Positions 47,578 to 56,760 of a stretch of DNA of 64,000 nt are shown piece after piece. Every line of letters begins with the position of its first letter. Position 1 is the first letter of the stretch. The notes beneath the pieces were generated by a model. The model ran no database searches and was not told the origin of the DNA. It saw only the letters and a program-made list of their open reading frames with translations. The stretch spans positions 64,001 to 128,000 of the forward strand of contig JBBIIG010000002.1 of assembly GCA_037446635.1 (NCBI GenBank), in the 5' to 3' direction. Position numbers and translations under genes: made by a program. This DNA is from a bacterium (GTDB lineage Bacteria; Zhuqueibacterota; Zhuqueibacteria; Oceanimicrobiales; Oceanimicrobiaceae).

Positions 47578-48141
47578 GTGGCGCGAGTAAGAAGCTATCA
47601 AAAACACATTGCCTGTTTGGAATCCCTTTGGAACCAGGATATCGAAAACCGTCTTACAGTCGTGCCCATTTTGGAGCTGGTCACCAAAGTCGATCACCTG
47701 AAGTTCATTTATTTGACCTGCAACACCAGCGAGGAACTGTACTACAATCTGCGCAAGCTCAAGCGAAAACGCGCTTACGGTATTCTCTACCTTTCATTTC
47801 ATGGCCGGCGCGGCGAGATTGTTCTCGATGAAAAGCCCATCGATTTGGAAACGCTGGCGGAGTTGATGGGGCGTGGTTTCACCGATTGGGTGGTGCACTT
47901 CGGAACCTGTGCCACTATCAACGTGGAGAAGCAGCGCATCATGGAGTTCATCAACAAAACCAACGTGTCACTGGTGCTGGGCTATAAAATCGACGTGCCG
48001 TGGATCGAAAGCGCGGCGCTGGATATTCTGCTGTTCGACTGGCTGCAGTCCTACAAAGACATGCGGCGCTTCTGGTACAACTTCCGCAAACGCCACGCCG
48101 ATTTGATCTCGCTTACGGGGTTGACGGCGTTTCACCGGTAG
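47578..48141 (+). CDS. Hypothetical protein, DUF6642-like, with His/Cys motifs reminiscent of the caspase/CHAT fold
   Basis: IACLESLW, ILYLSFHG, VVHFGTCAT, VLGY..DVPW. Confidence 0.65.
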   Translation: MARVRSYQKHIACLESLWNQDIENRLTVVPILELVTKVDHLKFIYLTCNTSEELYYNLRKLKRKRAYGILYLSFHGRRGEIVLDEKPIDLETLAELMGRGFTDWVVHFGTCATINVEKQRIMEFINKTNVSLVLGYKIDVPWIESAALDILLFDWLQSYKDMRRFWYNFRKRHADLISLTGLTAFHR

Positions 48142-48260
48142 CGCTGCGGACGCATTTCACTTGGCAAAGCCGCCGAGGCTATAGGCCTGGCGACGAAATG
48201 GAAAATGCTACAAGTGCTGGCCAAGCGTCACGCGCCACTCAACTATTCCGCCCTTTTCGA

Positions 48261-50684
48261 TTATTGCCGGCCAATAACCTCCGGATAGGTCCCGGGAATC
48301 ATCAGCGGCAGAGGGCGGCCGGGACTCTCACTGAGCAGCCGGATAAATTTCAAAAACGGATCGTTCTCACTTTTCGCTGAGACGGGCGAAAGCCGTTCGC
48401 GCAAATTCAGCCAGCCTTTGCTGCGGGGAGTTTCGATGATCTCCACTTCGTCGCCGGGGCGAATTCCGGCTGCTTTTTGGGCGATGGCGATGGCCGTCAG
48501 CAATCCGCCAATTTCATCCACCAGCCCCATCTCCTTGCCGCGCTGTCCGGAATAGACCCGGCCTTCGGCGATCTCGCGGACTTTTTCTTCCGGTAAACTT
48601 CTCCCCGCGGCCACTTTCTGCACAAACATATCATAATATTTTTTGATGCTGCGTTCCGCCAGCGCGCGTTCTTCTTCATTGAGATTGCGCGCCGGCACCT
48701 GCAAGTTCAGGAACGGCAGCGTGACGCCGCGCCCCAGATCGGCGTGCTCGCCGCGTTTGACGAGATCGGAGGCCATGCCGGCTTTTTCGCTGAAGCCTTT
48801 GTCGTACAGCCAGCCGCCAATCACGCCAATGGAGCCAGTGACGGTGGTCGCTCCGGCCACAATAGTATCGGCGTACATAGAAATCCAGTAGCCGCCGGAG
48901 CCGGCCACCTGCCCTTGTGAGACCATCACCGGCTTGCGCTCGCTGCAGGTTTTGAGCGCTTCGGCCACCAGGTCGCTGGCCAGGGCGTCGCCGCCGGGGG
49001 AGTCCACCCGGAAGACCACGGCCTTCACCGAGTTATCTTTCGCTAAATTCAAAAACACCCGTTCCAGCCAGCGGGCGCGGATGCCTTCATCCATAGCGCA
49101 GACGCCGAGTCCATAGACCACGGCGATTTTCGGCGGCTCGCCCCAGTTTTGCTGAGGAACCGCGTTCGCTAAAAGTCGCTGCGGCGGCAGACTTTTTTTT
49201 CTGCGGCCGGTCAGGTTTTTGATGATGTCGTCGAGCTGCGACCAGCGGCCCAGCGTATCCACCAACCCCAACTGCAGCGCCTGCTCCGGCAGAATGAAAC
49301 TTTCGTCATCAATAATTTCATCAAATTTTTGGGCGCTGAACTCTCTGGCTGCGCAGACCTCGGCGCGAGTGAGCTCGTACAGATCGTCCACGTAATCCTG
49401 CAACTGCTCGCGGTCGGCGTCGGACATGGAATCGCGGCTGAGAATTTCCGCCGCGGATTTATATTTGAAATAGCGCCACTCGTCGAAACCCAGTCCCAAT
49501 TTTTCCAGCGTGCCTTTGAAATAAGTTTTGCCCAGCGCGTACCCCTGCAGCCAGAGCGAGCCCTGCGGATCGAGGACAATTTTGTCCGCAATACTTGCCA
49601 GGTGATACGAGGTCATGTCGCCAACATCGATGAAGACGACAATTTTCTTACCGGCTTGCTGCGCGGCTCGCAGCGCTTCGCGGATTTCCCAGGCGTGTTC
49701 GGGACGCACTTTCATGGCGGAGAGATTGAGCGCCAGCGCCGCCACTCGCGGATCCTCCGCAGCGGCTTCGATGTTGTGGAGAATGTCGAGCAGAGGCAGG
49801 GCGTCGTCATCAAACAGAACGTATTTCAAATGCTCGACCCGGCCTTTTAAATTGAACGGCGTGTAGCTGCCGCCTTTACCAAATGTTGTTTGAACGAAGC
49901 TGGGTTTCATGCCGCCGACCCGCAGCGCGTAGGTCTGAAAATCGTGATCGCCCCCGTCATCAAAATGGGATTGCGACGCCACCCTGCTGGCGCCAAAATT
50001 AAGACTCAGTCCCAGCGTGAAGGCGTCGGATTTAAAATAGCGCCCCACGAAATGGACGCCAGACAGCACCTCCAGCGCGGCGCCGGCGCTCCACTCCGCG
50101 TCTTTGATCGCGACGCCGTTTTGCAGCGCGGCGTCGGCAAACAGCGTGAGTTTTGGCCAACCAAATGGCCGCAAGCCAATCTCCCCCACCCCTTCGCGGC
50201 TGCTGCTTTCCAGAGAAAAATTGCCGGTGAGTCCGAAAGATAATCCGGGCGCAGGACGAAGAATCGCGCCCACCGCCAGCAATTTTTCCCGGGTCAACGC
50301 GTCGAAGCGGCCAGCGGACCAACCGTAGGCCAGTCCAACTGCCGCGGCGCGGGTGCCCCAGCCGGTGGCGAGCCGGAAATCGGTGACGCCGATGCCGCCA
50401 AATTTTTGACGCTGAATTGAAAATCCCAAATGCGGGACGCCGGCAAATACGCCCCAATCATTAAGAGAGGCCAGATCGGAGCCGTCGGTGGACCACAGGA
50501 AATTGAGCTCGGGATTTGGCAGCAGCGAAATGCTCGCGGGATTGGCGAACCCCAGCAGGCCGTTTTGAAACGCGGCCGGCGGCGCGAATAGAAAGCGGCT
50601 GCGAGTGTAGTAGTCGGGAAGGGGCTGGGCGAAAACGTCAGTAGCGAATGCGATCGCAAAAAATGCGTTTAACCAAAGTTTCAT
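48261..50684 (-). CDS. sppA: Signal peptide peptidase SppA (S49, two domains) with an N-terminal beta-rich extension
   Basis: KYKSAAE, RVDSPGG, AGSGGYWI, TGSIGV, GRVYSG, GLVDEIGG; RBS GGGAGG. Confidence 0.9.
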   Translation of the reverse strand: MKLWLNAFFAIAFATDVFAQPLPDYYTRSRFLFAPPAAFQNGLLGFANPASISLLPNPELNFLWSTDGSDLASLNDWGVFAGVPHLGFSIQRQKFGGIGVTDFRLATGWGTRAAAVGLAYGWSAGRFDALTREKLLAVGAILRPAPGLSFGLTGNFSLESSSREGVGEIGLRPFGWPKLTLFADAALQNGVAIKDAEWSAGAALEVLSGVHFVGRYFKSDAFTLGLSLNFGASRVASQSHFDDGGDHDFQTYALRVGGMKPSFVQTTFGKGGSYTPFNLKGRVEHLKYVLFDDDALPLLDILHNIEAAAEDPRVAALALNLSAMKVRPEHAWEIREALRAAQQAGKKIVVFIDVGDMTSYHLASIADKIVLDPQGSLWLQGYALGKTYFKGTLEKLGLGFDEWRYFKYKSAAEILSRDSMSDADREQLQDYVDDLYELTRAEVCAAREFSAQKFDEIIDDESFILPEQALQLGLVDTLGRWSQLDDIIKNLTGRRKKSLPPQRLLANAVPQQNWGEPPKIAVVYGLGVCAMDEGIRARWLERVFLNLAKDNSVKAVVFRVDSPGGDALASDLVAEALKTCSERKPVMVSQGQVAGSGGYWISMYADTIVAGATTVTGSIGVIGGWLYDKGFSEKAGMASDLVKRGEHADLGRGVTLPFLNLQVPARNLNEEERALAERSIKKYYDMFVQKVAAGRSLPEEKVREIAEGRVYSGQRGKEMGLVDEIGGLLTAIAIAQKAAGIRPGDEVEIIETPRSKGWLNLRERLSPVSAKSENDPFLKFIRLLSESPGRPLPLMIPGTYPEVIGRQ

Positions 50685-50718
50685 TTGTCCTCCCAAAGTT
50701 TTAAGCTATTAGAGGTCG

Positions 50719-50851
50719 GCTATCAGCTTTCAGCCAAAAACTCAAGCCTTGCATGACTGTCCGGATCAAACACCGTCTGAGACGGTGTTTGATTAGCAAT
50801 GTGCTGAGTATCGGTGAAACCGGCTGATCGCTGAAAGCTAATCGCTGATAG
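50719..50851. repeat. Heptamer arms GCTATCAGCTTTCAGC / GCTGAAAGCTAATCGCTGATAGC enclosing hairpin TCAAACACCGT..ACGGTGTTTGA; the right arm overlaps the ptrB stop
   Basis: Read directly; the CACCGT..ACGGTG hairpin also occurs twice between cysT and cysW. Confidence 0.65.
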
Positions 50852-52997
50852 CTAACACATCCAGCACAAACGCGTACTCGAACGCGGTCTCTTTCAGGGC
50901 GTCGTAGCGGCCGGAGGCGCCGCCGTGTCCCGCGCCCATGTTGGTTTTCAAAAGTAGGCGGTTGGCGTCGGTTTTCAGAGCGCGCAGTTTCGCCGTCCAT
51001 TTGGCCGGCTCCCAGTACTGCACCCGCGGGTCATTCAGGCCAGCGGTGATCAGCAAATTGGGATATGCTTTCGCCTCCACATTGTCGTAGGGCGAATACG
51101 ACAGCATGTAATCGAAATATTCTTTGTTTTTGGGATTGCCCCACTCCTCGAACTCCGTCACTGTCAGCGGAATCGATTCGTCCAACATGGTGTTGATGAC
51201 GTCCACGAACGGCACGTGCGCAACGATGACTTTAAACAAATCCGGGCGCAGGTTGGCGACCGCGCCCATCAGCAGGCCGCCGGCGCTGCCGCCCATCGCG
51301 GCCAGCCGGTCGGGCGACGTATATTTCTCCGCAATCAAATGCTCGGCGCAAGCGATGAAATCGGTAAAGGTATTTTTCTTTTTCAGCAGCTTGCCGTCGT
51401 CGTACCACGGCCGCCCCATTTCGCCGCCGCCGCGAATGTGCGCCACCGCAAAAATAAACCCGCGATCCAGCAGGCTCAGCCGCGTCGATTTGAAATCCGG
51501 GTCGCGGCTGGCGCCGTACGAACCGTAGGCGTACAAATAGAGCGGGTTGCGGCCGTCTTTGACCATTCCTTTTTTATACACCAGGGAAATCGGCACCAAC
51601 ACGCCGTCCGCGGCTTTGGCAAAAATGCGCTCGGATTGATACTGCGCGGGGTCGTATCCGCCCAGCACCTCGGTCTGTTTTTTCAACTCGCGGGTGCGGT
51701 TGCTCATGTTATAATCGAACACCGACTCCGGCGTCACCAGCGAGGTGTAACGAAAGCGCAGGACCTCGGTTTTGAATTCGGGATTGTCGCTGATGCGAAT
51801 GGCGTACGCGGGTTCGTCAAACGTGACGTAATGGGTCTGCTGGTTCCGTCCGCCTGCCTGCGCCGGCAGGCGAAGCGGATCCGCGCTTGCGGACAGATCG
51901 GTGACGCGGATTTTGCGCAGACCGTTCTCGCGCTCATATACTACCAAATAATTTTCAAAGGGCTGGATTTCATCAATCTTCACGTTGGCGCGATGCGGAA
52001 TCACCTCCCGCCAATTCTTTTTCGCGGGGTTGGCCACGGGCGCCGCCACCACTTTAAAATTTAGGGCGCCGTCGTTGGTGTTGATATAAAATTTGTCGCC
52101 GTGATGTTCGACATAATATTCCATCTGATGCTGGCGCGGATGAATGATTTTGAAGTCGGCCGCCGGTTTGTTGGCGTCGAGGTAGCGGACTTCGGTGGTG
52201 CTGGCGCTTTCTAATTTCAAAAACAGATAGGCCTGGCTGCGGCTTTTGCCGAGGCCGAGAAAATACATCTCGTCGGTTTCGTGGTAAATCAAAACATCCT
52301 GCTCGACCGGCGTTCCCAGCGTGTGCCGAAAAAGCTTGTACGGACGTTTGGCGTGATCGAAGGTGCTGTAGAAAAACGTGCGGTTGTCGTTGGCCCACTC
52401 CAGCGAATACTCGGTTTTGGGAATCACATCCGGTAGCAATTCGCCGGTGGGGAGATTTTTCACCAGCACGGTGTAGCTTTCGCCGCCGGTGGTATCCACC
52501 GAAAACGCCAGCAGCTCCTGATTGGGGCTGACTTTGAACACACCGACTCTAAAATATTTTCGGCCCGCCGCCAACTGATTTTCATCGAGAATGATCTCCT
52601 CGGGGGCATCGAGGCTGCCTTTTTTGCGGCAGTGGATGGGATACTGCTGGCCCTGCTCGGTGCGCTTGTAGTAAAAATAATCGCCGAATTTTTCCGGCAC
52701 CTCGAGATCGGTTTCTTTGATGCGCGCCACCATTTCGTTATAAAGTTTTTGCTGCAAGTCTTGAGTGTGCGCCATCACGGCTTCGGTGTATTTGTTCTCC
52801 GCTTCAAGATACGCGATCACCTGCGGGTTGTCCCGTTCCCGCAGCCAGAAGTAGTTGTCGGTGCGAGAGACGCCGTGCACGCTGACATCTTTGGGGATAA
52901 CTTTGGCTACCGGCGGGGTTAGATGGCTGCGGTCCGAGCAGGACGCCGCCAAAATCAGAATCAAGCTCAGACAAACGCTGCGCAGTTTCAGGATCAT
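50838..52997 (-). CDS. ptrB: Oligopeptidase B (S9A), predicted lipoprotein
   Basis: DNYFWLR, IRGGGEMG, GGSAGG, NDPRVQYWEPAKW, GHGGASGR; lipobox AASC. Confidence 0.95.
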   Translation of the reverse strand: MILKLRSVCLSLILILAASCSDRSHLTPPVAKVIPKDVSVHGVSRTDNYFWLRERDNPQVIAYLEAENKYTEAVMAHTQDLQQKLYNEMVARIKETDLEVPEKFGDYFYYKRTEQGQQYPIHCRKKGSLDAPEEIILDENQLAAGRKYFRVGVFKVSPNQELLAFSVDTTGGESYTVLVKNLPTGELLPDVIPKTEYSLEWANDNRTFFYSTFDHAKRPYKLFRHTLGTPVEQDVLIYHETDEMYFLGLGKSRSQAYLFLKLESASTTEVRYLDANKPAADFKIIHPRQHQMEYYVEHHGDKFYINTNDGALNFKVVAAPVANPAKKNWREVIPHRANVKIDEIQPFENYLVVYERENGLRKIRVTDLSASADPLRLPAQAGGRNQQTHYVTFDEPAYAIRISDNPEFKTEVLRFRYTSLVTPESVFDYNMSNRTRELKKQTEVLGGYDPAQYQSERIFAKAADGVLVPISLVYKKGMVKDGRNPLYLYAYGSYGASRDPDFKSTRLSLLDRGFIFAVAHIRGGGEMGRPWYDDGKLLKKKNTFTDFIACAEHLIAEKYTSPDRLAAMGGSAGGLLMGAVANLRPDLFKVIVAHVPFVDVINTMLDESIPLTVTEFEEWGNPKNKEYFDYMLSYSPYDNVEAKAYPNLLITAGLNDPRVQYWEPAKWTAKLRALKTDANRLLLKTNMGAGHGGASGRYDALKETAFEYAFVLDVLAISD

Positions 52998-53081
52998 TTC
53001 AGGGTCTCCTCTATCAATATTCGAGCGCCGAAATATACAGCTTTGGCCAACAGCAGGCAAATTATTTATTCAAAAATTAAC

Positions 53082-53109
53082 TTGACACTTAGGCTAAGCT
53101 TTTTATCTT
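53082..53109 (+). promoter_or_regulatory. Putative sigma-70 promoter TTGACA-N16-TATCTT
   Basis: Perfect -35 in the divergent intergenic region upstream of the radical SAM gene. Confidence 0.5.
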
Positions 53110-53260
53110 TGAGGATTGTTATCCAGCGCTGATTCGCTTTCCTCGACGCTCCACCCTAACTCAGCATTCAGCTCACTTCATACCAATAATGGGATAACAC
53201 GGCGGTTCGTTTCACTAAAAAACGTTTTCCAAGCTGCATCATTTTTAAAAAGGAGATGTT

Positions 53261-54832
53261 ATGCGTAAACTGCGTGTCGGCGTAATCGACCTTGTCACCA
53301 AAGCGCCCACGCGCGCCCTGTACGCGCGGGTGATGCACGCCAATCTTGCCAGCATCATGCCGCAGGTGATTGCGCTCTGGTGCGAGCAGGAGGGGCACGA
53401 GGTGCATTTTGTGTGCTTCACCGGGTTTGAAAATTTAGTCGAAGAGCTGCCGGAAAAAGTTGACCTGGTTTTCATCGGCTCGTTTTCGCAGGCGGCGCAA
53501 TTGGCCTACGCCCTGAGCAATCTTTTCCGCTCAAAGGGCGCGGTTACTGTGCTGGGCGGCCCTCATGCCCGCTGCTACCCGCAGGACGCGCAAAAATATT
53601 TCGACTACGTGCTCGGCTTCACCAACAAAACCATGATCCACGATATTTTGGGCGACTGCTACCCACACCGTCCGCTGGGAATGCGCATGGATGCCGGCGA
53701 GCAGCCGACTTCCCTACCGGGGGTGAAAGAACGCTGGAAATACATCGAGCCCACTCTCAAAAAAGCGCCGCTCATCAAAATCGTGCCGATGTTAGGAAGT
53801 CTTGGCTGCCCCTACACCTGCGGCTTCTGCATCGATGCCGCGGTGAGCTATCAACCGCTGGATTATGATGTGATCAAAGAAGACTTGCGTTTTCTCCTCA
53901 CCAAAATGAAGCGGCCGCGCGTCGCCTGGCATGATCCCAATTTTGGCGTGCGTTTTGACGAAATCATGGACGCCATCGAGGAAGCGGCGCCGCCGGACAG
54001 CATCGATTTCATTGCCGAAAGCAGTTTGTCGCTGCTGGCGGAGCCGAACTTGAAGCGCCTTAAACGCAACGGCTTCAAAGCGCTGCTCCCCGGAATCGAG
54101 TCGTGGTACGATCTCGGCAATAAATCCAAAACCGGCGCCCGGCAGGGAATGGAAAAAGTGCGGCGCGTCTCCGAGCACGTCAACCTGATTATGAAATACA
54201 TCCCCTACGTGCAAACCAATTTTGTGCTGGGGCTGGACGTGGATGAAGGCGCCGAGCCCTTCGAGCTTACCAAGCGTTTCGTGGATTTGACGCCGGCCGC
54301 CTTTCCCGGCTACTCGCTGCTCTCGGCTTTCGGGCAGGCCGCGCAGCTCAACCTCGATTACCAGCGCGCCAACCGCGTGCTGCCCTTCCCCTTCCACTTT
54401 CTCAACAATAATCACGCGATGAATGTGCGGCCGAAAAATTACACCTGGCCGGAATTTTATGATTACGTGGTGGACTTAACCAAATATACCTTTTCCTGGG
54501 AAAGAATCTGGAAACGCCACCAAGCCACGCGCATGGCCATCCCCAAGTGGATGAATTCCATTCGCGGCGTGTCATCCGAAGGGTTTGGCCGCATTCGCTA
54601 CCACAGTGAAATTCGCCGCCGCCTGGACGAGGATTTGGAACTGCGGCGCTTCTTCGAGCAGGAGACCAATGAAATTCCGCAATTTTACGTGAACCGCGTG
54701 AAGACGGAATTAGGCCCGCTGTGGCAATGGCTGCCCAAAGGCGCGCTCTATCACGATCCGCACGCCTATCTCAAAGCCGAGCAGGCGAATAATTTATCAC
54801 GGAAGGCGATTTTGGCAGTGGCGGCTGGGTAA
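53261..54832 (+). CDS. B12-binding-domain radical SAM protein
   Basis: VLGGPHA cobalamin-domain motif; GCPYTCGFC (CxxxCxxC); PGIES. Confidence 0.9.
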   Translation: MRKLRVGVIDLVTKAPTRALYARVMHANLASIMPQVIALWCEQEGHEVHFVCFTGFENLVEELPEKVDLVFIGSFSQAAQLAYALSNLFRSKGAVTVLGGPHARCYPQDAQKYFDYVLGFTNKTMIHDILGDCYPHRPLGMRMDAGEQPTSLPGVKERWKYIEPTLKKAPLIKIVPMLGSLGCPYTCGFCIDAAVSYQPLDYDVIKEDLRFLLTKMKRPRVAWHDPNFGVRFDEIMDAIEEAAPPDSIDFIAESSLSLLAEPNLKRLKRNGFKALLPGIESWYDLGNKSKTGARQGMEKVRRVSEHVNLIMKYIPYVQTNFVLGLDVDEGAEPFELTKRFVDLTPAAFPGYSLLSAFGQAAQLNLDYQRANRVLPFPFHFLNNNHAMNVRPKNYTWPEFYDYVVDLTKYTFSWERIWKRHQATRMAIPKWMNSIRGVSSEGFGRIRYHSEIRRRLDEDLELRRFFEQETNEIPQFYVNRVKTELGPLWQWLPKGALYHDPHAYLKAEQANNLSRKAILAVAAG

Positions 54833-54906
54833 GGTGGATTTCAAGAGCGGAATAAAGAGGAAAACCTGCAGTGACCATAACAAATAAACCTAACAGGAGG
54901 AACAAC

Positions 54907-55305
54907 ATGAACAATCTCAGCCGTACGGTGGCAGGCGTTGTATTCGCTGCTCTAACCTTCGTCTTGGTTACGAAGTCAGCCGAGGCGCAAGACGCTGTCA
55001 AAGTAGCCCCGAAGCATTACAAAGTGGAGATCGAAAACGACCAGGTGCGGGTGCTGCGAATTAGTTATGGCCCGCATGAAAAAGCTGCCATGCACGAGCA
55101 TCCTGCCAGCGTGGCCGTTTTCCTAACCGCTGGCAAGGGGAAATTTACCTATCCAGACGGAAAAACTGAGGAGATCAGTTGGGAAGCCGGGCAAACACTG
55201 TGGCTGCCTGCGGTCAAACACCAGCCAGAAAATCTAACCGATCAACCTTTTGAGCTTATTCAGGTGGAATTCAAGGCCAAAGAACCAGAGGTTGAGAAAA
55301 AATAA
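54907..55305 (+). CDS. Secreted cupin-fold protein
   Basis: Signal peptide ..AEA|QD; ENDQVRVL, MHEHP, HQPEN; RBS AGGAGG. Confidence 0.8.
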   Translation: MNNLSRTVAGVVFAALTFVLVTKSAEAQDAVKVAPKHYKVEIENDQVRVLRISYGPHEKAAMHEHPASVAVFLTAGKGKFTYPDGKTEEISWEAGQTLWLPAVKHQPENLTDQPFELIQVEFKAKEPEVEKK

Positions 55306-55431
55306 GCCACGGGGAATTTGGTCTTGGGTTGCAGGCCACGTATCGAATGGCTGGTGCGGACGGGGTGACGGCGACATGATTTAATCCGAACTTCTTGTAA
55401 GTCGCCCCGCCGTACAGATAGGCCTTTACCT

Positions 55432-56751
55432 CTAAAGCCGCTCTCTTAAATACTCCACTAATAGATCGCTCGCCACCCGCTCCTGCGTCATGGAATCCCG
55501 CTCGCGCACGGTGACCGTTTGATCTTGCAGCGTCTGCGAATCCACCGTGATGCCGAAGGGCGTGCCGGCCTCGTCCTGGCGGCGATAGCGCCGGCCGATG
55601 GCGCCGCTCTCGTCGTAAAAGACCATGAAATGCTTCTTCAAATCCTCGTAAATTTTGAGCGCAATTTCCGGCATGCCGTCGCGCTTCACCAACGGAAAGA
55701 TGCCGGCTTTGATCGGCGCAATTTTCGGGGAGAGCCGCAGCACCACGCGGGTTTCGCCTTCCACTTCGTCTTCGTCGTAGGCGTCCACCAAACAGGTGAG
55801 GATGGTGCGGTCGCAGCCGGCAGAGGTTTCGATGATGTAGGGGATGAAGCGCTCGCGGGTGGCGTCGTCAAAATATGTCAAATCTTTGCCGGAGAATTCC
55901 TGGTGGCGCTTCAAATCGAAGTCGGTGCGGTTGTGAATGCCCTCCAATTCTTTCCACCCGAACGGGAAGTTGTATTGAATATCGAACGCCGCGGCGGCGT
56001 AGTGCGCCAGCTCGTCTTTGCCGTGTTCGTGAAAACGCAGATTCTCTCGGCGGATACCCAGCGCATCGTACCACTGGATGCGCTGCTCTTTCCAGTATTC
56101 GAACCACTCGCGATCGCTGCCGGGCTTCACGAAAAACTGCATCTCCATCTGCTCGAACTCGCGGGTGCGAAAAGTGAAATTTTTGGGGGTGATTTCGTTG
56201 CGAAAGGCTTTGCCGATCTGCGCGATGCCGAACGGCACTTTTTTGCGCGCCGACTGCAGCACGTTGGGAAAATTCACATAAATGCCCTGCGCGGTTTCGG
56301 GCCGCAGATAAACGATGGCGGCTTCATCCTCCACCGGACCCATGTGAGTTTTGAACATCAAATTGAACATGCGGGCGGCGGTGTTGAGCTCGCCGCCGCA
56401 TACCGGACACTGGGGTTTTTCCAGCTCATCCGGGCGGAAACGGCGCTTGCAGATTTTGCAGTCCACCATCGGGTCGGTGAAGCCGGCCACGTGGCCGGAG
56501 GCTTCCCAAATTTTGGGGTGCATCAAAATCGCGGAGTCCAGCCCCACAATGTCGTCGCGGGTTTGCACCATGCTTTTCCACCAAAACTCTTTGATGTTCT
56601 TTTTCAGTTCCACGCCCAGCGGGCCGTAATCGTAGCAGCTATCGAGTCCGCCATAAATTTCGCTGGATTGAAAAATGTATCCCCGCCGTTTGCACAGCGA
56701 GACCAGTTTATTCATCAAATTTCCTGATTGCACAGATTTCTCTTTTGCCAT
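55432..56751 (-). CDS. glyQS: Glycine-tRNA ligase, homodimeric type
   Basis: DYGPLG, YLRPETAQG, FRNEITP, REFEQME, IGRRYRRQDE. Confidence 0.97.
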   Translation of the reverse strand: MAKEKSVQSGNLMNKLVSLCKRRGYIFQSSEIYGGLDSCYDYGPLGVELKKNIKEFWWKSMVQTRDDIVGLDSAILMHPKIWEASGHVAGFTDPMVDCKICKRRFRPDELEKPQCPVCGGELNTAARMFNLMFKTHMGPVEDEAAIVYLRPETAQGIYVNFPNVLQSARKKVPFGIAQIGKAFRNEITPKNFTFRTREFEQMEMQFFVKPGSDREWFEYWKEQRIQWYDALGIRRENLRFHEHGKDELAHYAAAAFDIQYNFPFGWKELEGIHNRTDFDLKRHQEFSGKDLTYFDDATRERFIPYIIETSAGCDRTILTCLVDAYDEDEVEGETRVVLRLSPKIAPIKAGIFPLVKRDGMPEIALKIYEDLKKHFMVFYDESGAIGRRYRRQDEAGTPFGITVDSQTLQDQTVTVRERDSMTQERVASDLLVEYLRERL

Positions 56752-56760
56752 GAAACGTCC

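Noticed and set aside
55306..55431. Possible tRNA or ncRNA between the cupin gene and glyQS
   Set aside because: Only an imperfect GC-rich hairpin between convergent genes; no cloverleaf or T-loop signature.
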